The notes under the pieces are model-generated. The model was not told the origin of the DNA, ran no database searches, and was given only the letters and a program-made list of their open reading frames with translations. From Bigelowiella natans CCMP2755 (taxonomy: Eukaryota; Protista; Cercozoa), in NCBI GenBank assembly GCA_000320545.1, contig ADNK01003312.1, positions 1-64,000 on the forward strand: a stretch of DNA of 64,000 nt. Direction: 5' to 3'. Each line of letters begins with the position of its first letter. Within the stretch, counting starts at the first letter, position 1. This document shows positions 41,438 through 53,809 of the stretch, piece by piece. A program made the position numbers and the translations under genes.

Positions 41438-41891
41438 TTATTCGTAACTATTATTGTGCTGCTGGTATGCTAGGTGCAGCATATTAAACTTAACAGATGA
41501 CGAAGATGTGCTTGTGAGTCTATGAGCACTCTCATCGCCAGAGATAATAAGTGGGCTGGATAATGCAGATAAACTAGTAAAACGGCGTCTCGGAATCATG
41601 CAAAATACTGAAACAAACTCGTTCAGCTTGATAGCAGAAAGCACAACAATGAAGCAACTGTTGCTACTACCCCTATCTCCCCCCACCCCATCCCGTTTCT
41701 TCTCCTCCTCCTCCTCCTCCTCGTCGTCGTCGTCGTCGTGTATCATTGCCACTCCGAAACCCTACTCATCGTTCTCAATATGATTGACTTTACTCAGCTC
41801 TTGGGCGATGTAACTTGACTTGGGGAGGGGGTTCCACCGGTCACAACCTTAATAACAACCCCGCAGTATCAGAATTATATGTGCGCAAACT

Positions 41892-41955
<64 letters not shown>

Positions 41956-42135
41956 ATATTTGTCACTTCATCCATCATGATTATCATCGTTATCACCAAC
42001 CTTATCAGATTTAGTTCTATCCCACGATTCGGTCTGCCTTTCATGCCAAAGCTCAAAATTCCACAGGTACTGTGTACTTCCTGATGGTGGAGGGGGCGGA
42101 AATCAGGGTGTAGCACACACATACCCCCCCCCCCC

Positions 42136-42185
<50 letters not shown>

Positions 42186-43319
42186 CACGGTATTAATAGC
42201 TCTTCACAGTATTCTGTAGATCTATGCACAGTAACGGCATGGGTGAGAGAGAGGGAGAGGGAGAGAGCTATATTCACAGGAAACATTAACGACGATAACA
42301 TCAAAGCCAGTGCTTCTTACAAGGAGTTGTTCAAAAAGGACAAGGGCTACTACTACTACTACTACTGCTACTACAACCTCTAACTTTCGCCATTATCCGC
42401 AATGGCTGCCCTGCTAAGTACGAGGTCAAATCGAACCTCTTTCCGAGAATCTTAATAGTGTACGCATGGAGCAGCAGCATGGGTTAGAGGTGCTCATATC
42501 TAGTTGTTGTTGTTGCTGCTGCTGCTGGATACGTCAAATTCGAAACGTTCATAGCTGCTGTGTGGAAATCACCGTCATCGTCATCATCATCATCATCTGA
42601 AACCGTGATGATAAATGAATAAATAAATAAATATGTACATACTACCGCAAGTCTCAGGTCCTCAAGAATCAGCTTGTCATTGTAGAAATCAAACGTATAG
42701 ATCTGTAGGAGGGGGGAGAGCATGAAGAGGAGGGTTATAGCATATCTATTATATTGTATAATAAATGAATAAATTTAATTTTTTTCTCACAGGCAGTGAT
42801 ATTTTCTCGAAATTTTGATTTTGAGGTGAGAGATGTTGCTGCTGGTGCTAGTGGATGTTTTCCCTTCACTTACTTACCACGTCGGTGTCAAAAGAAAACT
42901 TCTCCAGATTTGTAATTTTGTTGAAATATTTCCTGGTTTCGCCCAGGATAAGAAAAGAGCAAGAGCATAGTGGGGGTAGGGGATAGGGAAAGGAGATTGT
43001 GGAAATATACACAAAGATATTTATGAGTAAAATATGAAAATGAGGAGAGACAATGCCCTGGTAATGATAGCAGCAGCAAGTTGTAATATCTACTAGCCAT
43101 CAATCGTATGCATGAATTGCATGCATATTCGCTTGTTACGCGATCATCATCATTATCATCATCATTAGAATCGTCATCATCGGCATTATCACCATCACCG
43201 TTATTACGAATCAATTTGGCCAACATCATCGCATTACTTCCTCCAAATAATTCTTCTTTCCATATCGGGATACTTCGTAAACGAATCTGCGAGCTCTCCT
43301 CCCAACGCACGCATATCCT

Positions 43320-43362
<43 letters not shown>

Positions 43363-45540
43363 ACAGTGTCAGAAATGAACGGCGAGTTCAAGATTAACGA
43401 TAAACTCGACGGATGGGTGCAAAAGGGCAGAAAACATCTATGGTTTTTGATCTTGACCACACGGATCTTCATGTTAAATCGGGATGTTTGTACTGCTTGA
43501 TCTCTCATCATGAAATCGAGCAGTGATACTATCTTCTCCTTTCCTCAAAACATACGCTTACACCTCTTGAATTCGTGCTGTAGTTGACAGAGTCGGAGCT
43601 GATTTTTCGTCTTTACTTATATTGATTATCTGTGAGGTATTTATATAGCTGCAGTTAAATTGTCAGGACGCTTATACAAGGCGATCTCTCATCATGCTAG
43701 TTTTGGCCTTCCCGCAAAACAGAAAATCTCTTGAATGACAATGAGCTACTGAGAATGCATGATGGTGTCAAGGTGATGAGGGGGGGAGGGATTCATTGTC
43801 GCTGCCGTGTGATATGAAAGTTATTATCATTATTATTATTATCATTATTATTATAATTATCGATTTTTTCGGTGATAAAGGAGATAGATGTTCCTCTATA
43901 TTCTGTGCTTATGCACCGACAGAGGCTGTGGCGGCCATTGGACTCATGAAATGCGTTGCGTTCGGTATCATCTCTTTCTCGTTCTCAGCGACAATATTGG
44001 CCTCCATACTGTGTGACATTATGCAATGCCAATCAACGAGATGTGATGATGATGGTGACGACGATATAGATGTACATCTGATGCTATCCCTAAGTTTGAG
44101 ATGCAACATTGACAGTAGGCTTGATGATGATAAATGGAATCTTTCTCTATTTTTGATATAATCATCCGTGTGTGCGTCTGCGCGTGCATGTGTAGTTTTC
44201 CTTGATTTTTCCGATTCGACAATGACCTTGGGGATAGGGTTTTGAAAAGGGCGAAGGCAGCCTTGGTGATAAAGTACCCAGGGCTTTTAACCTTGATAAT
44301 AGAACAACACACTTTCTATCTGCCCGCCGTCGTCGTCGTCGTTGTCGTCGTTGTTCATTGATGATGTTAACCACTCGGATGGTGAACGACGACGACACAA
44401 AATTTCATCGACTGCTCGAAATCTACATCACCATTCTCAGCATCATCAGCATCATCAGCATCATCATCATCAGCATCATCATCTTAGCAATCTGTCTATA
44501 TTTTAGATCAAATAAAGCTGGGAGCAACCGCGTACCGGATGACAGAACTCCTGCCCAGTGAGCACGTCTCTGAAGCTAATCTTCTTCTTGAATTTTCCTA
44601 ATTGGACACCGGTTTGAGGAGGGTCATAAGAGATCATAACGGTAGCAATGGTAACAGCGAGTCGATGAGAGACGCAAAAGATTTATGTGGAGAGTCGCCA
44701 ACGAGCAATGCTGCCATTGTATGCAACTATCAATATCTGGCGACGATGAAGAATGGGTACAGTTGAGAAATTGACTCCGTTGCAATTTATCATCATCCCA
44801 TTCCGCTTTATCTGTGTTGGACCCCACGTTGTATGTAGTACCTTGAACTAATACGGAAGATAATCGTCGCTTGCCCTTACCACAACAGGCACTCGAATAA
44901 GTGATGGTATTTCACATGATATAAGTCTAATTGACATTGGAAATGGTCGACACGAGGCATAAAAGGTCTCCTGAGAACAACCTTGTAAACTACGAAGAAC
45001 CCATCGTATATCGGCATCATCATCATCATCATCACCATCATCATCATCAGAATGAGCAGGGTCTACACCATGCTACTACCTTGAAGTATTCTTTTGTCTC
45101 TTCAGATGGAATCCGTAATATCCCCTTTCCAGAAAACGTCGATGTCTCTGATGAATGCAATTTAAAGAAGGCGTTGGAGCAGCCTCACTTTCTCACCTTC
45201 CGAACATAAGCTAGGAGCGATTGCTTACCAAATGTAAAGGCTTCTGTATTCACGGGAAGGCCTCCCTGAGCAACCTCCTTCTCCCCAGTCCTCTTCAAAG
45301 CTTTTTTGTTAGGTAGGTCAATGTGCAGGCGTTATCGATTTACTACTGGGTTGTATGTAGTTTTAGTGTTTCTATCTAGAGTTCTTTGCGAGGTAAATGT
45401 TTACATTGAATATGGCAGTGTATAGATGCATTTTCCATGGCAAAGGTGAAACAACCAATGAGTCGAAAAAGGAGTTATTTTTCGGAGGATCGATCTACCT
45501 AGGTATTTGCTTTCTACATTTTCTTCGAATCGTCCCCTAA
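41438..45540 (-). CDS. DUF1769-domain protein; 5' end may extend toward ~46300
   Basis: LPVNTEAFTF|ETSTFSGKG...YFK|GKRRLSSVLVQ|GKFKKKISFRDVLTGQEFCHP|, FMSPMAATAS, RKYFNK..LEKFSFDTDV|IYTFDFYND, YLWNFELWH. This is the characteristic DUF1769 motif series. Confidence 0.82.
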
Positions 45541-45784
45541 TCAAAGATACGTATTTACAATAATCATCGAGACTGTATTTTCATGAACGGAATGCACACT
45601 CGAGGTTGCTGCTGCTGCGTATTTTTGTGATTTTACGCTTGATGTGGTGACTACTTCACATCGGAAGCACTAGAACCACTAAAGGAAGAGAGTAACCCCC
45701 AAGGGCGCATTCAAATCGGTGTATTTCCATCATAAACGGCACGTATACACCATCGACAAAGGTCAGACAGAGATATAGTTTGTA

Positions 45785-45785
<1 letters not shown>

Positions 45786-45863
<78 letters not shown>
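45786..45863. repeat. (CA)39 microsatellite, the longest in the window
   Basis: Uninterrupted CA repeat, more than twice the ~30-bp length typical of the other tracts here. Confidence 0.95.
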
Positions 45864-45867
<4 letters not shown>

Positions 45868-46905
45868 CGCACACGTAAAAATGAATGATGACGAAAACAC
45901 GCAAATTAATGCCTTGTGTACAAAGAATATGAATCCCTCTTTTTATCTACACGCCCCCCCTCCCCGCATCCTCTCATATCTCTCGTGTCAATGGTGTTAC
46001 AAGAGGAAAGTCTCCTCTTTCACGCCCACAGAGTACAAACACAGCTTATAATAACTCCCTATTTATTTTTTAAAAGACAGAGGGAAAAGCGCATTGATAA
46101 TGTTTTTGACCACGCCGGCTGCAGGTTCCCTGTAACGTTATGGCAGCTTCCACTGAGACGGAAGAGTAGAGGTCTGAGAGAGCAACAACTCATCGCATAT
46201 AACAAACACCGGATAGGAAATGAAAGTTTCACACCTAGTTTTCCATGTTGAAGGATGCGGCAAGGCGTTGGGACAGAACCCTCCCACTGTTGCGTACTTC
46301 TGAGAACAGACATGCTCTTTTTCTAAGCTTCCATTCGCCCACAATTGAACGGGAAAGGGAGCACCTCAAATTTGGGGTCCGTCTTAACGTGGACGGTGTT
46401 CTCCTTTGTGACCTCCCCTCTCTTGTTGCACTTTTGACTCATAGCAGTTTGAGCTTTGAAGGAAGTAGGGTGTACGACTTTCGTAGTATCGACTAATAAG
46501 AGGTGGGGTTTGAGGCTGTCGCATTCGATGAAATCGCCTTTATTTCCGCCTTTTCGTACGCATCACACGCGAATAAAAAGGTCTAGTCTGGCTCGAGCCA
46601 CTGGGAAATGACCTGCGAAAATGAAAATATCGAGGAAACCTGGGTGATTTTGCCGACAATAGGAAAAAGTTCATATAGGCAAAAAATAACCAGTCTAAGC
46701 ACTATTAAATGACGTGCTTAAATTGGGATTCAGCATCAAAAATATTCCCAGTAAAAGAAAAAAAGTATGTCAGTATTTTACGGTTTTACAAGTATATTTT
46801 ATTTCTTAAGTGAAGTTACTGCTACAACATCTTTCGCAATAACTCTCGACAGACACGTGGAGGAATGGGGCTCGCCAACTAACAGAATACTAATTCCTGT
46901 CACCA

Positions 46906-48406
46906 ATGCCGTTGATGTCAAAGAGAGGGGTTGGGGTGGTTTTCACGGTGTTATGCATATGCTATTTTTCGTTTCATCCGAAGAATATGCTAGAGATGAC
47001 AAGCACTCCGAGGGTATTAAGGTAGCTCGCATCCCCTTAACCGAACCAGAATGAGAGACTGGGACTAAGAATCTCATTGTCCACAGGGATAGGCTATCTT
47101 CGTCCAGACTATTGATTACCAAATCTCCAAGCTTTTCTGGAAAACGAATGCTCATCGCTGCGAAAGCAAAATATGCACCCGTCCTGGAGGTAAGGCGCAA
47201 AGCGACGAGGATACAGTGCTGTCGTGATGACATACTACCGTTTATTATTCCAGATCGAAGGGGAGTGGGACTTCTGGAAACTCGACTCGGCGGTGAAAGC
47301 AATAAAGGAAGGGGGCATTGTGGTCCTCCCAACAGACTCATGCTACACTTTCGTGGCGGGTATTTCGATAAATGTTTTTTTAATAATCATTTTCCTCGGT
47401 CCGCAGTTATCATGATTTTTTATGCTATTAGATGTAAACTCTCGTGACGCGGTCCAGCGCATTTACACTATAAAAGGTCGGTAGTTTTTTCCAATTTTCA
47501 GTTCTTTTTGTTGCAAGAGGTAATATTCAGTAAGTATAAAATGTGTGATGCACATCCATACATGCACACATAATGTATATTATTTCCCTCTGTTTATATT
47601 TGAACTCTAAGATATCGCTTTACGACAGATATGAAGGATCCAATAACTGCAAAGCCACTGTCCCTACTATGCCACTCTATCTCGCAAGTAGAACCAATTC
47701 AATCGCATAGAAACAACGAGTTTGATGGGTGCGAGGTAAGCTCTGAAATTGCTTTTGTGCCCTATTATAGATCTCAGAATACACTTCGGGGCTATCATCG
47801 CGCTCGGCCTTCAAGATCATCAAACAGTCGCTACCAGGACCCTACACCTTTATTCTCCCGGCGTCTAATAAACTGCCGAAGATCATCATTGAGCACAAAG
47901 AGCATAAACGGGTAGAAATGATGATTTTCAAGCGATTCAATGTCCTCCGATGCGACACCACAAGACGGGTTTCATTTTAGTTTTCAGTAATGCTTTAGTG
48001 AATACCGCTTATCTCTGATTTTATACATGGATGTGCCTACAATTTACATCGAAAATGCGAATACAGGGCTGGAGACGGAAAGAGATAGGCGTGAGGATGC
48101 CAAAAGAACCTATCGTCCTTGAATTTCTCAAAGTGGGTTAAAATTTAGAGAGCAAGGATTTTTCTGAAACTGATGAAAAACATTTCGGCTTTGCGACGGC
48201 TAGTTTCACTCACTATTTCCTCTAAACAGCTTCTTGATAATCCAGTACTGTGCTCCAGTGTTCCCGTAAGCAATCACATCCCATAACACATCTGCTGAAC
48301 AAATGACCGAAAAAAGAGATGATGAACAACACCGCTCATTTGTGTAGGTATCACGAGACAGCAAGATTCTAGCTACGGTGATACAGGAACCTCTCCCCCC
48401 TCCCCC

Positions 48407-48444
<38 letters not shown>

Positions 48445-48624
48445 TTCTCTCAACCTCTATCAATATCTACACTCCTGTTTCTCCTTACAGCATGCTGGTT
48501 TGAATAAATGTAGGAGGGGGCACAAGTGGCAGATGTTTGGGCTCATTGCGTTGACTTCGTTATCGATGCTGGCGAGCGTGAGTCTCATTTAAATATTTAT
48601 TAATATATACAAATACATACATAA

Positions 48625-48657
<33 letters not shown>

Positions 48658-48662
48658 CTTGC

Positions 48663-48696
<34 letters not shown>

Positions 48697-48852
48697 CTCA
48701 CTTTACAGCGAAAACCACTCACTCTGGTGTTACCACTCTCAGGAGATTCGAATCCATCTACTGTTGTTGACATGACGGATGATTCTGGAAAGATTCGTCT
48801 CCTACGAGAAGGTGCTGGCGATACAGAAATCTTCCGACCTTATTTAGAATGA
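46906..48852 (+). CDS. Sua5/YrdC/YciO family (threonylcarbamoyl-AMP synthase-like) protein with bipartite signal and transit-like leader
   Basis: AVKAIKEGGIVVLPTDSCY, AVQRIYTIK, KPLSLLCHSISQ|ISEY, LPGPYTFILPA, RKEIGVRMP, PVLCSSV, VDFVIDAG, PSTVVDMT..IRLLREGAGD. Leader MPLMSKRGVGVVFTVLCICYFSF followed by an S/R-rich stretch. Confidence 0.92.
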
Positions 48853-49049
48853 TAGGATTTTTCTACTGTGTGCGTGGGTCTACACATGTGCAAGCTTTAT
48901 TTGATGACGTATAGCATTGGCGTTGCTGCATTTACAGTCATTAGAAAGATATCATCAAAGGTATACCTGCTTTGCGCAGAACAGCTAGACAGATGTAACG
49001 TTCGAACAACACGTTGAAATTGAACGCTGTACTACCTGCTGTCGCAATG

Positions 49050-49830
49050 AGTCTGTAAGTTTTAAAGCTGACTATGGATGTAACAACTAGCATCATTATT
49101 AGCACTAGAGCAAGGTGACATGCGCGATCATCGATCGCGCTCGTCAACACCTATCACGCAACGCTACACCACGTTAGCATGCACATGTACGCACAATGAT
49201 GCACAATTATATTGCATAGCTAGCTAGCTGCATTAGCTAGTAGTAAAGATAAATAATATTGGATATATTATTACGTGTAAAATACAATTTCATTACGCCA
49301 AATATGAACCACTTCATCTAGCCTGCTATCGCTTGTCCCATGTGACGTGATCAACTCTAGTATTAACGCATACATAATCCATGTGGATTTTACATATGCG
49401 CGCATGCTAATAAAACACTATTATGCCTGTGCGATCTGGAGCGAATGATGGCTAATTCGATTCGCTAGTTGCAATGTGCCATATGTGGACATGGCAGTAC
49501 ACATGCCCAATGATTCAGCGTTTGTATGTGTCAACTATTTGTCTGAATTTGTATTACATGTGTTGAGGAGTACACTAAAAGAAGAGACTTAGCTCACTAT
49601 GATCATTCTATGGTGAAGCTCGATATGAGTTGCACGCGTATAAGATTGAAGCATAGGATATGATCGACTGCAATTATGACGAGTAACTGTTTTAACCTTT
49701 CACTGTGACTACTTACCACGAACCGGTGCTACGCACGAATATCGGCGTGAAGAAAACTACTACAGGCAGCCCATAGCTGCCGTATAGTCGACGATGGCTT
49801 TCGTGCTAATTTCACGATCGAAAGCAACTA
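49050..49830. repeat. CATG/CTAG-enriched patch between convergent gene ends
   Basis: GCTAGCTAGC, GCATGC and ACATGT clusters; weaker than the 53.8-54.8 kb patch. Confidence 0.4.
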
Positions 49831-50109
49831 AGATCTTTATTTGTAGGAAGCATTTATAATTGTGGATCTGTTGGTAGAGGAGCAGCAGTGGTAGTAGTAG
49901 TAGTAGTAGTAGTATTTATAGTATTTTGTAGTAACATGATAGCATTGCCTGAAATTAATTAGCAACGGCTACATCTTTTATTATCTATTTTTTGTCTGTT
50001 TTGGATCTGTTAAATGGAAGCGGGTTCTATGCGTGTGCATCATTTGCCCATCCGCCCATCGTTTCTAGCTCGATAACAGTTATCACTCCACCCTCTCCTA
50101 GAGATATTT

Positions 50110-51135
50110 TTAATAGTGGGATGAAGCGACAGCAGCAGTGCTTGTCGGGGGCGGAGGCGTGGAGGACAGAATAGCCCGGTCGCCTATGTCCTGCACAGGC
50201 CTAGCATTGAACCCGTTTTTATCCGACGCTGGCAGAAGCTTGGTCACGCTTGCGAACACGTCAAGCTGTTCCTTCGACATCTCGATTGGATCCGTGTAGA
50301 GGTAGTATTTCACGTTTTCCGAGCAAGGCGGAGTGGTGAGCGACCCGGTGTAGAAGAGATATCTGGAGTCCGCAGAGTCGTGGTCGGCGGGAAGAAGGTT
50401 CAGCAGATCAAACCGTCCCTGTATCGTGTGCTCCACTCCCGTGACGGTTGGAAGGAATTGCGAGAACTTGTACTTGGTCGACGGAAAGGCGTCGTTTGCC
50501 TCGCCTTCCTTCACGAACACGGACAGAACGCCGTATTTATTATCTGCGGGCGGGACGGCCTTTTGGTTCTTATGGAAGAATTGAATCTCCATAGCGTAAC
50601 GGGCTCCATTAAACGTGTGCTCGGAAGGATAGTGAAAACGTACATCCATTAGGGAGTAGTTGCCTCCTGGGGTTAGTAGCCAATTCCCAGTTTTCTTAAA
50701 ATCAAAAAAGATTCTTTTGCCATTGTTGGTGATTTTCAGAGGCGATGGCTTGTAACCAGCCTTCAACGGCACAAGATTGTTTGCAATTCCCCACGCGGAG
50801 TCGTCCTGCAGGTCGATAGGAGACTGCATGCCACTTCCTCTACAAGCTAGATTCTCCCACCTGCTCTCTTCATACGAGAAATCGTCATCAGGGTTAAAAG
50901 ACATGCCGTAGAAAGAGATGTTTCCCTCTTTCCACACCTTAGCAGCTGCAAAGTGTCTACCCATGCAGGTGGCATCGGCATTTGGAGACTCTGGTGTCAC
51001 GAAGAACGCAATCGTGAAAGTCAGCAGCACTCCGGCGAGGAGAGATCCCACGCAGGCTCCTATGATAACTGTCGTCCCAAACTTTTTCTCCCCTCCAAAA
51101 ATGGGTGTGCTTTCGTCACTGGATGAGTTAGCCAT
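50110..51135 (-). CDS. Intronless alpha-carbonic anhydrase-related protein with N-terminal TM anchor (zinc ligands H94 and H119 substituted)
   Basis: C.GSGMQSPIDL, NNGK, RFHYPSEH.FNG..Y.MEIQFFH, YLFYTGSLTTPPCSENV, NARPVQ. TM segment VIIGACVGSLLAGVLLTFTIAFFV. First ATG at 51135. Confidence 0.93.
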   Translation of the reverse strand: MANSSSDESTPIFGGEKKFGTTVIIGACVGSLLAGVLLTFTIAFFVTPESPNADATCMGRHFAAAKVWKEGNISFYGMSFNPDDDFSYEESRWENLACRGSGMQSPIDLQDDSAWGIANNLVPLKAGYKPSPLKITNNGKRIFFDFKKTGNWLLTPGGNYSLMDVRFHYPSEHTFNGARYAMEIQFFHKNQKAVPPADNKYGVLSVFVKEGEANDAFPSTKYKFSQFLPTVTGVEHTIQGRFDLLNLLPADHDSADSRYLFYTGSLTTPPCSENVKYYLYTDPIEMSKEQLDVFASVTKLLPASDKNGFNARPVQDIGDRAILSSTPPPPTSTAAVASSHY

Positions 51136-51329
51136 TTTTATTCGAAGATGTCCTTGCTTCCTGAAAACAGCATACAACGGTCACAATATGCTCTCTTTTT
51201 ACTGGGCATTCCGTTGCGCCACCCCTATCCCCCTCCTCGTCACCCAACTACATCTTAGGGGTCGAATGGGCTAGAAAGAATTTGTGGAATGTATACAGTA
51301 GTTATTTATGACAATGACTTCGTGCCTAG

Positions 51330-52335
51330 GTTGGGGGCTTCACGAGAATCAGGTCTGGAGGAAGGGCACCTCTTCTTCTTCTTCAACCACTACCTTTTCT
51401 TTTGGATGATGAGGAGAATTCTGGTGATTCAGATTAGCGTGCTCCTTTTCAGGCAGGTGAAAGGAGATTTTCGGCTGCGTCACGATAATTGGCAAGTCGT
51501 AGAAATTGAGCCATCGGTGTTTCATATTACCGTTAAATATTTCAAAGCGTAAATGCCCTGGTGCTTCGGAGTGTGACAAATGAGACGCAGTGTTTGCCGT
51601 GTACGAAGCACCAAATATCCATATTGCCTGTAATCTTTGAAGTACGACATCGAAGGGAACAGTTGAATGAAGGGAAATAAAATAATTAATAAACTAATTC
51701 TTGAAAACAAACGCAAGAAAACTCATAAACGGCACCCGGGAGAAGAAGGTACAAATGTACATTCTGATATCAACGGTTGGATAGTACGAATTGCGACACG
51801 TTAATCCCTGGACCTTTGCGCATAAAAACGCCCGCGTCACATTGGAGAAAAGTGTGATTTGGGGTACCTTCAACAGCGAGACTGGTTTGTATGAACAATC
51901 TTTTTTCGAACGGAACAATAAGTATGTCGCTTGGTAAAAACGACACCGAAAAATATCCAAAAACAACGGACAACTGCGCCAAAAGGTGCCACCTCAACTT
52001 GGCCAATTTGGCGAAAGGTCCGTCCCGATTTTTGGAGATACGGAGAAACAGCTCCGCGATTTGTCGTCTTCTACATTTATCCTCAATTTCCTCCTGTTCG
52101 CAACAAGCCAAAAGAACCACGAGAAGCAGTGCAGAACGTTCAAAGAAAGGAGGCGGTTGCAAAGGGAAACACAAGGAACTTGTGGCAAAAACTGGTTTTC
52201 CACTGAATAAGTAGCAGAGGCTTGTCGCAGGACAAAAAACATAGGTATTAGATCTATCTAGATCTACTTTTTCCTACACACCAAGACGACCTCTATAGAG
52301 CATTTCTTGCTTGCGCCTCTTCCCCTTCCAGCCAT
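51330..52335 (-). CDS. Hypothetical spliced protein
   Basis: MAGRGRGASKKCSIEVVL| then AG/GT-bounded EEIEDKCRRRQIAELFLRISKNRDGPFAKLAKLRWHLL and TYLLFRSKKDCSYKPVSLLK. The 3' end and some exon phases are unresolved. Confidence 0.4.
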
Positions 52336-52400
52336 GATGCAGGGATGAGCGTATGGCTCTGCAGAACAGAACTGGCAGAATAGCACAGAGTTCTTGCTTG

Positions 52401-53805
52401 ATGTCGGAAGCCAAAAGGGAGGTGTTGAGCCTGGATGGTGACTCAAAATCAGGTTGCTGATTCATTCTTCTGTCCTGAACAGTTTAATAATTGCCACGCA
52501 TCTCTTAGGAGCAAACCCTGCGGGTAATGGCCTTCAAAGCCGATTTTTCGGATGCCTTGTTGGCGCAGCAATTGGCGACGCTCTCGGAGCACCTGTTGAA
52601 GGTCGTAGTAATGGGATTCTTTCCATCATTCAAATGAATAAATACAAATATCAAGTGATCGAATGCATGGTACCCATTTGGTAGGCTTGAGTCAAGCTGC
52701 AATTCGTGAAGATCCCCTCTTTGCTGAGGAAGGGGTAAGGGTGATGATCAGCCAGAAAGATATGAAAAGCTGGAAAGACATCGCAAAATCAATGGCCTGC
52801 ACCGTAGATGAGTTGGGAGCGACTAGGCCATCAGGGAGCTACACCGACGACACGTGCTTAATGATAGCAACCGCGAGGGCGCTCATCAGTTCTGGGAAAA
52901 GGGACCAAAATGGAAAATCAGGAGCGGCCTCTCCAAGCTGCGAGACGTTTGGGAGGGCTCTTGCAGAAACCTATGCAGAGATTGAAAAGAGCTCAATGAA
53001 AGGCTTGAGAGGATTTGGGAGTGGGACGGAGAAGATCTTGAAAGCGCTACTCGAGGGACGTGTGACACCTTCAAAGTCTGGAACCTTTCTTCGTAAGGAC
53101 GGTTCTAATCGAAATGGAGGCGCGATGAGGATTGCTCCTATTGGCCTTGTTTACCGCAATGCGAAGCTTGCATCACTGAGGCACATCGTCAAGGAAGCAT
53201 GCTGGCCAACACATGTCCATGCGGAAGGAATAGACGGCGCCCTAGCTGTTGCTTATGTTGTGTCGCGTTGTATATCAGCGAAAAGCCCTGCCGATTTTCT
53301 CCAAACACAGTCTGAAGAAGGTCTTCTGAGGGAGCTAAACTCAAAAGTTTGTGTGACGGATGCACTGCGAAGGCGTTTCAAGGCACTAGAAGAAAGCTGG
53401 AAATCTGTCAGCAAGCACCAGTGTTTCAGATGGAAGGACTCGGAGGCAGAATATGATATCAAAATTACTACAAAAATTCGGGATGACCCAAAGGACTGGG
53501 TGCAAATAAAAGCAAGCGACGCTGCTGCGGTAGCCATATGGATGTTTCTCCGACATGGCATTATGCTTGATGACAAATACGGGGCTGTTATTAATGAGCA
53601 GAGTCTGAATCCTACGGAAGCTCTCGTTCGAACGATTAGCCTTGGAGGTGATACTGATACGCTTGCCTGCATAGTCGGCTCGATGATAGGTGCTCTGCAT
53701 GGCCCATCAATTTTCCCAAAGAAATGGCTGAATGACCTTGAACGCGGTACAGAATTGGGATCGAACTTGTTTGAGGAAATAGCAAAGAAACTTGTTGAAT
53801 TGTAG
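52401..53805 (+). CDS. ADP-ribosylglycohydrolase (ARH3/DraG family), 3 exons
   Basis: MSEAKREVLSLD|GANP...RFFGCLVGAAIGDALGAPVE|GLS...YTDDT...NGGAMRIAPIG...PTH...GGDTDTLACIVGSMIGALHG. Introns at ~52438-52508 and ~52602-52684. Metal-binding TDD and DTDT are intact. Confidence 0.93.
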
Positions 53806-53809
53806 ATGC

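Noticed and set aside
2869-48700. Numerous 60-190 aa ORFs with THTH, CVCV, YIYI, SLSL, poly-H or poly-R runs
   Set aside because: Translations of intronic microsatellites, often antisense to real spliced genes.
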